Part shown: one piece after another, positions 9,840-19,325 of the stretch
How positions within the stretch are numbered: the stretch's first letter is position 1
Layout: each line of letters opens with the position of its first letter
Assembly (NCBI GenBank): GCA_046759645.1
Contig: JBHICO010000004.1
Span: 1 to 47,032 of the forward strand
Direction: 5' to 3'
Source: Nitrososphaerales archaeon
Lineage (GTDB): Archaea > Thermoproteota > Nitrososphaeria > Nitrososphaerales > UBA213
DNA length: 47,032 nt
Position numbers and translations under genes: made by a program
Notes under the pieces: model-generated
The model's database searches: none
What the model saw: the letters and a program-made list of their open reading frames with translations, nothing else
What the model was told of the DNA's origin: nothing

Positions 9840-10687
9840 GTAGTAAGCTTACAATTCTCTATGATAACATTCGCTGGGAAGAAAAGGCGTTGTATGAATC
9901 GGCGAGGAAGAAAGGTGTCGATGTTACAAATCTTAACTGCAATAATTTATTCATGGATCTGACCAATAGTGATACTGAAGATTATGGCATAGTTTTGCAA
10001 AGATGTGTAAGTTACTTCCGCAGCTTGCATTCTACTGCAGCTCTGGAAGGTAGGAGGGTCAGGGTTGTGAACCCTTTGCATACAAGCGTAATGGCAGGTA
10101 ACAAGCTGCTTGCTACTATGAAGCTGAAAGAAGCGAATGTCATGACACCAAAAAGCATGCTAGCATTTTCCATGGACTCTGCGTTAGCTGCACTGGATAA
10201 ACTCGGATATCCTTCGGTACTGAAACCAACGGTGGGAAGCTGGGGGAGACTAATTGCGTTATTAAAGGACAGGGACACTGCAGAGTCGGTAATCGAAGAC
10301 AGAGAGCATATGTTCCCTTTATATCAAATATACTATTTGGAAGAGTTTGTGAAGAGACCTCCTAGAGACATAAGATCTATAGTGGTTGGCGACAGAGTGG
10401 TAGGTGCTATTTACAGATATTCGCCTGTGGGAAGATGGAAAACCAACATGGCACTAGGTGGCAGGGCAGAGGTGTGTCCAACAACAAAAGAGCTGGAGGA
10501 TATTTGCTTACAGGCAGCGAGGGCGGTTAGAGGAGAGATTGTGGGCGTTGATCTAATGGAAGATGAGCTGCATGGTCTACTTGTTCACGAGGTTAACAAT
10601 ACTACAGAATTCAAAAATGTTACAAGAGTGACGGGTAATGACATCCCATCACTTATAATAGATTATGTGATGGGCTCTAGCAGATAG
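9836..10687 (+). CDS. lysX: alpha-aminoadipate--LysW ligase
   Basis: ATP-grasp motifs KPTVGSWGR, WKTNMALGG, NNTTEFKN; GTGA overlap with the lysW stop. Confidence 0.88.
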   Translation: MSSKLTILYDNIRWEEKALYESARKKGVDVTNLNCNNLFMDLTNSDTEDYGIVLQRCVSYFRSLHSTAALEGRRVRVVNPLHTSVMAGNKLLATMKLKEANVMTPKSMLAFSMDSALAALDKLGYPSVLKPTVGSWGRLIALLKDRDTAESVIEDREHMFPLYQIYYLEEFVKRPPRDIRSIVVGDRVVGAIYRYSPVGRWKTNMALGGRAEVCPTTKELEDICLQAARAVRGEIVGVDLMEDELHGLLVHEVNNTTEFKNVTRVTGNDIPSLIIDYVMGSSR

Positions 10688-10689
10688 AA

Positions 10690-11805
10690 ATGGTCTCAAG
10701 CACCTATGCCATAAAACTTCTTGAAGAAGCTCTAACTCTTTACACTCCATCTAGACACGAGTCCCCTCTGGCAAACCTGCTTGCAGAAAAAGCATCACAA
10801 GAACTTGGTTTCGAAGATGTACATACTGATGACATTGGAAATGTGATAGCAACCAAAGGATATGGAAGACCAAAAATTTTTCTCTGCGGTCATATGGATA
10901 CGGTACCAGGTCAGATGCCCCTAAGAAAATCTAATGGCTTCATACATGGTCGCGGTGCTTCAGATGCCAAATCTCCACTGATTGCATTGTTGCTATCAGC
11001 ATCAATGGCTTCGAGAGCTTATGGTACAGTCACATTTGCTGGAGTGGTTGACGAAGAGGGGAATTCTACTGGTATCAAGAACTTGGTAAAAGGGAAGATC
11101 GATGCCGACTATGCAGTATTTGGGGAACCTAGTGGCATAGATAATATTACTATTGCCTACAAGGGAAGGGTAGCATTAAAGATAAACTGCGATGTAGGAA
11201 ACAGCGCGCATGCAAGCGCACCTTCATCGGCAAAGAATGCCATAGAAGAGATGTTCGATATCTGGGGATCAATCAAGGACAGCATAGAAAGCACTGGGTC
11301 GAGGGAAGGCAAGATGGGTGTATCTTGCTGTTTAACAGAAATGGATGGCGGTTCAAGCCATAATGTAACGCCTGCGAAATGCAAGATGACCATTGATGTC
11401 AGAATACCAACTCATATGACCACCGCTAATATGCTCGATATGCTTGATAGGGCAATAAAGGAAATAGCTTTAAAGAAAGGCATTAAGGCAAGTTATAGGA
11501 TAGAGGACAGAACAGAACCATTCGAGGCGGACCTTGCATCACCCTTGGTAAGATCCCTGGTTTTAGGCGTTCTTGACGTAAGGGGCAAGAGACCGATGTT
11601 GATCAAGAAGACTGGTACTGGAGACATGAATGTACTTGGAAATGCTTTCAACATACCGGTAGTAACTTATGGGCCTGGTGATCCGCATTCATCCCATACG
11701 GTAGAAGAGAAAGTCTCTATAGAAGAATATCTGTCAAGTATAGAAGTTTTGAAAAGAATGTTTTACCATCTATCAAGACTGCACAGAAGGCGTAACAGAA
11801 AATAA
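10690..11805 (+). CDS. lysK: LysW-lysine/ornithine hydrolase (M20 family)
   Basis: GHMDTVPG, GRGASDAK, DEEG, GEPS, KTGTGDMN, YGPGD...HT. Confidence 0.9.
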   Translation: MVSSTYAIKLLEEALTLYTPSRHESPLANLLAEKASQELGFEDVHTDDIGNVIATKGYGRPKIFLCGHMDTVPGQMPLRKSNGFIHGRGASDAKSPLIALLLSASMASRAYGTVTFAGVVDEEGNSTGIKNLVKGKIDADYAVFGEPSGIDNITIAYKGRVALKINCDVGNSAHASAPSSAKNAIEEMFDIWGSIKDSIESTGSREGKMGVSCCLTEMDGGSSHNVTPAKCKMTIDVRIPTHMTTANMLDMLDRAIKEIALKKGIKASYRIEDRTEPFEADLASPLVRSLVLGVLDVRGKRPMLIKKTGTGDMNVLGNAFNIPVVTYGPGDPHSSHTVEEKVSIEEYLSSIEVLKRMFYHLSRLHRRRNRK

Positions 11806-11861
11806 TAGCTAATTCCAAATTAGCCGTTCCTATAAATATTGGTTCTGTCGATGTATATTTA

Positions 11862-12065
11862 ATGTCCCACTCTGCGCAGGAACAATCACACAAGGGGCAT
11901 GATGTAATATGCGAGAGCTGTGGCTTGGTTGCCATCGAATTTATTGATTATGCCAAGGCATTGAGAGATGGAAGATCAAACCTCTATAATAGAAACAAGT
12001 GCAACTGCACTCTTCCACCAGATTTTTATTGTAACGACTGCAAAGAGAAGTTTTCAATCACCTAG
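11862..12065 (+). CDS. small Cys-rich putative zinc-binding protein
   Basis: CESC, CNC and CNDC motifs; TATAAATA about 30 nt upstream. Confidence 0.6.
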   Translation: MSHSAQEQSHKGHDVICESCGLVAIEFIDYAKALRDGRSNLYNRNKCNCTLPPDFYCNDCKEKFSIT

Positions 12066-13025
12066 GGCAAGTGCGTTTATTGTACCGGTTGCATTGGCTA
12101 CGTATTCCCACTTCATGCCCTCGTTTGAACTGTAGAACACTATACCATCTGAGGTTCCAACATACACTTCCGCTGGTGCCTTGTGATTTACGATCAAGGC
12201 CCTTCTTCTAACTCCCTTAAGCATGGGATAAGGCAGTCCATTATGCATCAAACCCCATGTCTCCCCATAATCGTCACTTTTGTACAACAGCACTTGATTC
12301 CCGGGTGGCCCCATGGCAACAGCCAAATATGTAATATGCGGCTTTCTCGGATGTATTGCAACAGATACCGCATATTTCAGATCTATTTCATGCCCTATTT
12401 CAGTCCATAACTCTCCAGCACTGACAGTTCTATATATGCCCCCACCTGTTGCAGCGAAAATAATTTTGGGATTGAAGTAATTTATCGCTAAACAATGAAT
12501 ATCTTTATTCAAACCGTTAGATACTTCAGTCCAATTGGCACCCTCATCAGTACTTCTCATTACACCACCGACCTCTATGCCAACATAGATCTGGCGATGA
12601 TCCCGAGGATGAAACACAACACTATTGAGGTCTGGAGGGCCCCATGGTGAATGCCACTCCTTCACACTGTCAATATTTTGCAATGATTTCAACTCATGCC
12701 ACGATTTGCACTGATCCAGACTCAAGAAAAGTTTAGCAGGTTCTATACCTGCATATACATGCAAATTTTCATCTATATATATCATCCCTAAACAATACAC
12801 TTTTCCGTCTAACTTGCTAACTTCATGCCACTCTTTTCCCATCTTCTCATAAACTCTTCCATTTTCACTGCCAGCATAGACTTTTGAATTATTTGTCGGA
12901 TCAACGTATAAACACGTTACATCTATATCTTGCAAAGCATGGGAGATCAATTGCCATCTCTTTGCATCAACCTTCTTGAAGAATGTCATCACACCACTGT
13001 TTGTTGCTACATACAAATTTTGCAT
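12054..13025 (-). CDS. BNR/Asp-box repeat beta-propeller protein (Ycf48/sialidase-like fold)
   Basis: Repeated SxDxGxxW-type Asp boxes (SLDQCKSW, STDEGANW, SDDYGETW, SSNEGMKW). Confidence 0.8.
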   Translation of the reverse strand: MQNLYVATNSGVMTFFKKVDAKRWQLISHALQDIDVTCLYVDPTNNSKVYAGSENGRVYEKMGKEWHEVSKLDGKVYCLGMIYIDENLHVYAGIEPAKLFLSLDQCKSWHELKSLQNIDSVKEWHSPWGPPDLNSVVFHPRDHRQIYVGIEVGGVMRSTDEGANWTEVSNGLNKDIHCLAINYFNPKIIFAATGGGIYRTVSAGELWTEIGHEIDLKYAVSVAIHPRKPHITYLAVAMGPPGNQVLLYKSDDYGETWGLMHNGLPYPMLKGVRRRALIVNHKAPAEVYVGTSDGIVFYSSNEGMKWEYVANATGTINALALGD

Positions 13026-13148
13026 ATCATATTATGGTAACCTTAAGTATAATTCTATTTTGATCAAATGGGTACATGATTATTATTGTTAGTTATGATC
13101 CTATTGATAAAATGCCCGAAATAAAATACTAGCTTTAATAGACGTTGT

Positions 13149-13295
13149 ATGCATGGTGTAACTATGAAATCCGTGCGATGTGCTTGCTGTGGAGACATTA
13201 TGGAGCCTGAGGAAGAGCTGGAGATGTCAATCAAGTACAGATGCAGAGGATGCAAGTTGAGCGATACGAGGTTAAAAGAGAAAAGACGTGCTTAA
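13149..13295 (+). CDS. zinc-ribbon microprotein (43-48 aa)
   Basis: Hand-translated MHGVTMKSVRCACCGDIMEPEEELEMSIKYRCRGCKLSDTRLKEKRRA* (alternative ATG at 13164); CxxCG and CxxC knuckles; TTTAATA upstream. Confidence 0.6.
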   Translation: MHGVTMKSVRCACCGDIMEPEEELEMSIKYRCRGCKLSDTRLKEKRRA

Positions 13296-13326
13296 GACTT
13301 ATGTAATCAGCTGAGAAAGAGATAAT

Positions 13327-14778
13327 ATGCCATTTGAGAGCCTACGGGATTACGTTAAAGCTCTTGAAGGTTCAAATCAGCTCAAACGAGTAAAAGCCAA
13401 GATAAGTGTTGATCTGGAACTTGCAGAGATTTTGCGCAGGTTAATGTATAACAATGGCTCTGCTGTTCTATTTGAAAATGTTGAGGGTTACAATATGCCG
13501 GTGCTTGGCAATGCCTTCGGAACAACTGAACGTATGAAACTTGCACTGGATACTGATAACTTCGAGGATATAGGGAAGAGGATGGTAGAGCTCTCTAAGA
13601 TGGAATTACCTACTGGCATGTTAGACAAATTAAAAATGCTTCCGAAGCTATCTGAGATCGCGGATGCGGGTCCAAAAGTGGTCAGTAAAGGGTCTGTATC
13701 CGAAGTCTACGAAGATTCAAGTAAGGCATCACTATACAGTCTACCTGCCCTGAAATGCTGGCCTAAGGATGCTGGCAGGTTCATAACGTTCGGCTTGATA
13801 GTGACGAAGCATCCAGACACTGGAAATAGGAATCTTGGGGTCTACAGGATGCAGATAATAGATGACAAGAAAGCGATAATGCACTGGCAGATACACAAGC
13901 GTAGCGCACAACATTACCAGGTAGCAAAGGAGCAAAAGAAGAGGATGGAAGTTGCTGTAGTAATAGGGACTGACCCTACAACTGTTTTTTCTGCTGTTGC
14001 ACCTGTGCCGGAAGGGCTTGACAAGTATCTATTTTGTGGGATGGTAAGGAAGAAGGGATTGAAGCTGGTAAGATGTGAAAGTATAGACCTAGAGGTTCCT
14101 GCAAATACAGAGATTGTTTTGGAAGGCTATGTTGATCCTAATGATATAAGAATGGAGGGACCATTTGGTGACCACACAGGTTACTACACACCACAAGAAC
14201 CATACCCTACTTTCAACTTGACTGGTATAATGAGAAACGAAAATCCAATTTATCTTACCACGGTAGTTGGTAAACCCACGCTCGAGGATGCGTACATTGG
14301 AGGGGTAATAGAACGGTCGTTCTTGCCTTTAATACGCATGTTCCATCCTGAAATTATTGACTTTGCTATGCCACCAGCCGGTTGGTACCAAGGTCTTGCA
14401 ATCATATCAATAAAGAAACGATATCCAGGACAGGCGAAGAAGGTAATGATGGGCCTCTGGGGTTTAGGCCAGCTCTCTCTTACAAAGATATTCATTGTAG
14501 TCGATCATGATATTGACATTCACAACATCGATGACGTGATATGGGCAGTAACTACTAGGACTGACCCAAAGAGAGATATCATGATAATAGAAAATGCACC
14601 AACAGATACACTAGATCCATCATCACCGGTCTTGAATCTTGGCTCAAAACTTGGTATAGATGCCACTACAAAATGGAAGGAGGAAGGATTTGAAAGAGAA
14701 GTTCAGGAACTAGCTGTCGTTGATAATGAAACTAGAAGCCTTGTAGACCGGCGATGGCGTGAATATGGAATAGACTAG
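13327..14778 (+). CDS. ubiD: UbiD-family prFMN decarboxylase (menaquinone pathway, MqnL-type)
   Basis: NLGVYRMQ, EGPFGDHTGYY, DTLDPS, KLGIDAT. Confidence 0.92.
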   Translation: MPFESLRDYVKALEGSNQLKRVKAKISVDLELAEILRRLMYNNGSAVLFENVEGYNMPVLGNAFGTTERMKLALDTDNFEDIGKRMVELSKMELPTGMLDKLKMLPKLSEIADAGPKVVSKGSVSEVYEDSSKASLYSLPALKCWPKDAGRFITFGLIVTKHPDTGNRNLGVYRMQIIDDKKAIMHWQIHKRSAQHYQVAKEQKKRMEVAVVIGTDPTTVFSAVAPVPEGLDKYLFCGMVRKKGLKLVRCESIDLEVPANTEIVLEGYVDPNDIRMEGPFGDHTGYYTPQEPYPTFNLTGIMRNENPIYLTTVVGKPTLEDAYIGGVIERSFLPLIRMFHPEIIDFAMPPAGWYQGLAIISIKKRYPGQAKKVMMGLWGLGQLSLTKIFIVVDHDIDIHNIDDVIWAVTTRTDPKRDIMIIENAPTDTLDPSSPVLNLGSKLGIDATTKWKEEGFEREVQELAVVDNETRSLVDRRWREYGID

Positions 14779-14806
14779 ACTAAAATAGTCTAACAATAAT
14801 GAAATA

Positions 14807-15817
14807 TTGATGCACACCCTCTTCGACGAAAGGTATTTTGCTTTTGGTGTAAATCTCATATGGCTTGATGGTCAATATGACCATGATTTTGGCAAGAACG
14901 AACTTTTGGGCTATGATTTCAGAGCATATGATGACAAGCAGGAGAAAGTAAATCTTGATGCTTACTTCAAGGACATAAGTGAGATGGGTGCACATGTTGT
15001 GAGGCTTTGGCTCTTCGAAAGGTTTGAGGGATTAACATTCGATAAGAATGGAAACGTGAATGGAATCGATGATGGTTTGGTGAAAAATATAGCAGATGTT
15101 TTGAACGTGGCTGAAAGATACAATTTGTATCTTTATATCTGTTTGATGGACACATGGGGTGTAAGTGTTCATTCACAGCAGTATCTATCAAAACTTAATG
15201 CGATTATTGCCAAAGAAGAGGTCAGAAAAAGTTACGTAGATAATGCATTAAAGAAGTTCATTACCGACACGAGACTAAAAACGAACAGGATATTTGGAAT
15301 AGATGTTTTGAATGAGCCTGAGGGAATGTATAGTAGCCTGTGGAGAAGGGATATAGAATGGGTAGATGTTATGAGATTCATAAATGAATGTGTGAATGCC
15401 GTACACACAGTCAATATCAGAGTAGCTTGTGGCTTTCAGCGGTACCAAACGCTCATAGACAACAAGGATGTTTTGAAGAATTTAGACTTTTACGATTATC
15501 ATGAATACAATGACGATGGTGATCTTATACCGTATTCGACCCTTGCATTAGATAAGCCATGCATTATAGGTGAATGCGGACAAAAAAGCGAAAAGTATGA
15601 TGATGAGATATATGACAAAACAGTAACAAGGTTTCTTGATAATTCATGGAAGAACGGCTATGCTGGATGCCTGATCTGGTGTTATACCTACAGGGGATAC
15701 GATAAGAAGGATAGCAATAATAGATACTCATTGATCACAAGTGACGGGAAATGGAGAAGAGCATGTTATTACCTGCCTGATTTTAATGAGAAACACAAAC
15801 GGAATATGCTACCCTAA
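14807..15817 (+). CDS. glycoside hydrolase, GH5/clan A (cellulase/mannanase-like)
   Basis: FGVNL, VVRLWLF, acid/base motif VLNEPE, DYHEY, nucleophile motif IIGECG, GCLIW. Confidence 0.8.
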   Translation: MMHTLFDERYFAFGVNLIWLDGQYDHDFGKNELLGYDFRAYDDKQEKVNLDAYFKDISEMGAHVVRLWLFERFEGLTFDKNGNVNGIDDGLVKNIADVLNVAERYNLYLYICLMDTWGVSVHSQQYLSKLNAIIAKEEVRKSYVDNALKKFITDTRLKTNRIFGIDVLNEPEGMYSSLWRRDIEWVDVMRFINECVNAVHTVNIRVACGFQRYQTLIDNKDVLKNLDFYDYHEYNDDGDLIPYSTLALDKPCIIGECGQKSEKYDDEIYDKTVTRFLDNSWKNGYAGCLIWCYTYRGYDKKDSNNRYSLITSDGKWRRACYYLPDFNEKHKRNMLP

Positions 15818-16932
15818 TGATATTTTACTATTCTGTAAAAGTTATCCCGTTCAGCTATCTGCATTCCCATTTGCTTTACTGCATTAATGATCTTTTCTGC
15901 ATTTACGGTTGTAGACCTCGCACCAGTAGCTGTCACAACTTCTTCACCATGCAGCGTGCCACCAAAATCATCTGCACCACAGTTTAAGGCAAGTTGTGCC
16001 ATGCCTATACCATTGGTAAGCCATGAAGACTGAATATGATCTATCAAATCATTCAACATAATTCTCGATACAGCTATCATCTTAACCAGCTGCATACCAC
16101 CCGCAGAAGAGGAAACCATGCCCTCTTCCAGCATTTGTGTATTGTTTGGTTCAAAGCTCCATGGGATGAATGCCATGAAGCCGCCTGTCTTCTTCTGCAA
16201 TTCGATTATCTTCATCAACGTTCGGGCTCTATGCTCAACATTTTCAACATGTCCGTACATCATAGTAGCGGATGCAGGCAAACCAATCGTATGCGCTTCT
16301 TCCATGATCCTCAACCATTCATCACTCTTTATCTTCAGGGGACTAATTTTATCTTTGACTTCGTCAACAAGAATTTCGGCCCCAGCACCAGGCAATGAAT
16401 CAAGACCAGCTTGTTTCAATCTGTCCAAAACTTCCTTTGTACTGGATCGCTCAACCTTAGCAATAGTATCTATCTCAGAAGCTGACAAACCATGTATGCC
16501 AACACCTGGGCACTTCTGCTTTATAGCTGTAAACATGTTTTCATAATATTCGATCCTTAACGAGGGATTATGCCCACCCTGCATCAACACTTGGGTTATT
16601 CCAAATATTTCGTGGGCAAGGGCAATTCTTCTGAGACCATCCTCTATGCTAACTGTGTAGGTTTCCTCATGTCCTGGTGGCCTATAAAAAGCACAAAATT
16701 TGCAGTATGTGACGCAGACATTGGTATAATTAAAGATCAGGTTATTTACGAACGTGACAGTGTTACCAAACTGCCTTCTCCTTAGAGCGTCAGAAACCAG
16801 GCAGAGCAATTGCACATCATCAGAATTCAAGAGTCTAATACAATCATTTAGATCCGGTCTTCTGCCAATAAGAACAGCATCTAGAATATCGCTAATATCG
16901 GAATGACTTACCATCTCAGTCAGGGAGGTCAA
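15814..16932 (-). CDS. mqnC: cyclic dehypoxanthine futalosine synthase (radical SAM, CofH/MqnC family)
   Basis: NYTNVCVTYCKFCAF, LMQGGHNP, PGAGAEIL, HIQSSWLT, DDFGGT. Start may be the ATG at 16914. Confidence 0.85.
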   Translation of the reverse strand: MTSLTEMVSHSDISDILDAVLIGRRPDLNDCIRLLNSDDVQLLCLVSDALRRRQFGNTVTFVNNLIFNYTNVCVTYCKFCAFYRPPGHEETYTVSIEDGLRRIALAHEIFGITQVLMQGGHNPSLRIEYYENMFTAIKQKCPGVGIHGLSASEIDTIAKVERSSTKEVLDRLKQAGLDSLPGAGAEILVDEVKDKISPLKIKSDEWLRIMEEAHTIGLPASATMMYGHVENVEHRARTLMKIIELQKKTGGFMAFIPWSFEPNNTQMLEEGMVSSSAGGMQLVKMIAVSRIMLNDLIDHIQSSWLTNGIGMAQLALNCGADDFGGTLHGEEVVTATGARSTTVNAEKIINAVKQMGMQIAERDNFYRIVKYH

Positions 16933-17073
16933 ACTGGTAAAGCATCATTATAATGTTATTTAATCGTTCGTTAGTTTGTATCCATTAGCAATGACATATT
17001 ATTGATTTAATAGAAATTTCTTCATCACAGTGAAGACGTAATTTTATATAAAGAGGAAGAGGGAGGTTATCTG

Positions 17074-18174
17074 ATGCTGAACAGTCTTATCGATGGTTCT
17101 AGAGCGCTTGAGCGGATCCTTGCAGGTGAAGAACTATCATTCAATGATGGAATAGAATTGATGGAGGAAGATAATATTTTCATGCTAGGAGGCATCGCTG
17201 ACAAAGTAAGAACGCAGGTTAAAGGTGATATAGTAACTTTCACTGCATCATATTATCTTAATTATACGAATGTCTGCGCTGCAAGCTGTCCTCTGTGTGC
17301 TTTTTACAGAAAAGGTACTGAATCTGATGCCTACACATTAACGATGGAACAAATTTTGGCTAGCGTTAACGCTGCAGTTCAGATGGGTGCAACAGAAATG
17401 CATATTGTAGGGGGCTTTCATCCAGATCTAGAATTAAACTATTACGAGGATATGATGCGGTCAATCAAGGAAAAGTTCCCTAACGTAACTATTAAAGCAT
17501 TCACCCCGGCAGAGATATTCTTTATTTCGAGGGTGACACACAATACAGTTAAGGAAGTTTTGCTGCGCCTCAAAGAATGTGGTCTTGATGCTTTAGCTGG
17601 AGGTGGAGCAGAAATTTTCCATCCAGATTCGAGAAAGCATATTGTTAGAGGCAAGTGCTCAGGCGATGAGTGGTTGCAGGTTGCCGAACTTGCACACACG
17701 TTGGGAATAAGGGGGAACTGTACCATGTTGTACGGACATGTGGAAAAGCCTGAACACGTGATAGACCATATATTGAAGTTGAGAGACCTGCAGAAGAAGA
17801 CGGGAGGATTTCTGACTTTTATTCCGTTGAAATTTAGTCCTGAAAACACTGAGCTGCATCAGAAAAGATTAGTTAGAGTACACAGTTCGGCTCTATACGA
17901 TTTGAAAATAATGGCTGTTTCTCGATTAATGCTTGCGAATATAATCAATAGTATATCTGCATATTACATCGCCTTGGGCAAGAAGATGGCACAAGTAGCG
18001 TTAACATACGGTGCCAGTGATCTTGTAGGCACAGCATTTGCTGAAGAGATATTCAGAGCAACTGGCTTAACGCACAGTTCTACAGTGGGGGAACTTGCTA
18101 ACATGATCAAGGAGATAAAACGTATACCTGCACAACGTGATACATTCCACAACATAATCAAGCATTTTAACTAG
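17074..18174 (+). CDS. mqnE: aminofutalosine synthase (radical SAM)
   Basis: NYTNVCAASCPLCAF, EMHIVGG.HP, GGGAEIF, TMLYGHVE. Confidence 0.82.
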   Translation: MLNSLIDGSRALERILAGEELSFNDGIELMEEDNIFMLGGIADKVRTQVKGDIVTFTASYYLNYTNVCAASCPLCAFYRKGTESDAYTLTMEQILASVNAAVQMGATEMHIVGGFHPDLELNYYEDMMRSIKEKFPNVTIKAFTPAEIFFISRVTHNTVKEVLLRLKECGLDALAGGGAEIFHPDSRKHIVRGKCSGDEWLQVAELAHTLGIRGNCTMLYGHVEKPEHVIDHILKLRDLQKKTGGFLTFIPLKFSPENTELHQKRLVRVHSSALYDLKIMAVSRLMLANIINSISAYYIALGKKMAQVALTYGASDLVGTAFAEEIFRATGLTHSSTVGELANMIKEIKRIPAQRDTFHNIIKHFN

Positions 18175-18412
18175 GTTCGTTTGTTTTCGGCATTCCTTTC
18201 GCAGAGGATCCCCTTTTCCTTCTGCTAAATCCAAAACTGACCAACAAGAGTAAAAATCCAATACCGCCAATTATTCCACCAACCTGCGCAATTGCACGGT
18301 TCTGATTCAACTCTTCTAATGGACCTGAGGTAAGGTAGGCTCCAAATATGATTGCCATAATTATACCCGTCGCCATCATTGCACCACCACCTGCAAAAAA
18401 ACGCCAGTCCAT
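18167..18412 (-). CDS. small two-TM membrane protein
   Basis: Two hydrophobic segments and a basic tail; fills the gap after mqnD. Confidence 0.7.
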   Translation of the reverse strand: MDWRFFAGGGAMMATGIIMAIIFGAYLTSGPLEELNQNRAIAQVGGIIGGIGFLLLLVSFGFSRRKRGSSAKGMPKTNEPS

Positions 18413-18459
18413 TGCATATTAGATCTGTTGACGAACTAATAATCTTTGTCGCTTTTCAC

Positions 18460-19293
18460 TTAGATTATTTCTACTTCCTTACCTTTTATGATGGTATTCT
18501 CTTTCGCAATAGAATACATCATGTAAAGAGCCTTGGTGCCCTCTTCACCCATATCAATCGTCAAATCATTCACATACATCCTTACAAATTTTTCGATAAG
18601 ATAACTTGATGCTCCACGTGAGTATTGCATAGCATAATCAATAGCCTCGTCGAAATGGCTGAATCCATATTGAATCGAACGTTTGAGAAGATCATCAAAT
18701 TTCTTTATTGCATCATTCCCAAGCCTCTTATGTGCTATGTTTATTCCGAGAGGCAATGGCAGTTTGTTGCTTACGCTATCCCACCACAAGCCAAGATCTA
18801 ATGTATTTACGAATTTTGCTTGATCGTAAGTGATCTGTGCTTCGTGGATAACTAACCCAGCATCAACAACGTCATTGTCGACAGCACCATTTATCTCACT
18901 GAACTTCATCTCTACTGGATTAAATTCACCAATGGCCATCCATAGCAGCAGGTACGCAGTAGTCATCTTTCCAGGCACAGCGGTTCTAATCTTTTTCAAT
19001 TCATCAGTAATGAATTTTCTCTTTGCAATAACAATGGGTCCATAAGCTTTGCCAAAACTTGACCCACTGCGTAGTATCACATAGTCTTTTGTATATACAA
19101 AGCCGTGGGCTGAGACTGCAGTAACATCCAATTCACTCTTGAGAGCTCTTCTGTTTAGTGATTCAATATCTTCAATCACATGATTTATCTTCATACCATC
19201 AACCATAACCTTACCAGATACTATTGCATAAAACATGAAAGCATCATCAGCGTCAGGAGTGTGACCTACGGTTATTTCCACGATTTTGCTCAA
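18460..19293 (-). CDS. mqnD: 1,4-dihydroxy-6-naphthoate synthase (MqnA/MqnD family)
   Basis: GHTPDADDAFMFY, DIESLN, PGKMTTA, IHE, DLGLWW...PLPLG, MYVN. Confidence 0.87.
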   Translation of the reverse strand: MSKIVEITVGHTPDADDAFMFYAIVSGKVMVDGMKINHVIEDIESLNRRALKSELDVTAVSAHGFVYTKDYVILRSGSSFGKAYGPIVIAKRKFITDELKKIRTAVPGKMTTAYLLLWMAIGEFNPVEMKFSEINGAVDNDVVDAGLVIHEAQITYDQAKFVNTLDLGLWWDSVSNKLPLPLGINIAHKRLGNDAIKKFDDLLKRSIQYGFSHFDEAIDYAMQYSRGASSYLIEKFVRMYVNDLTIDMGEEGTKALYMMYSIAKENTIIKGKEVEII

Positions 19294-19325
19294 TTAAGCA
19301 GATATTAAAAGGTAGCATTCATAAT

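Noticed and set aside
15814-18174. CofH/CofG (F420) assignment for the two radical SAM genes
   Set aside because: Adjacent mqnD and ubiD, plus the motif details, favour MqnC and MqnE.
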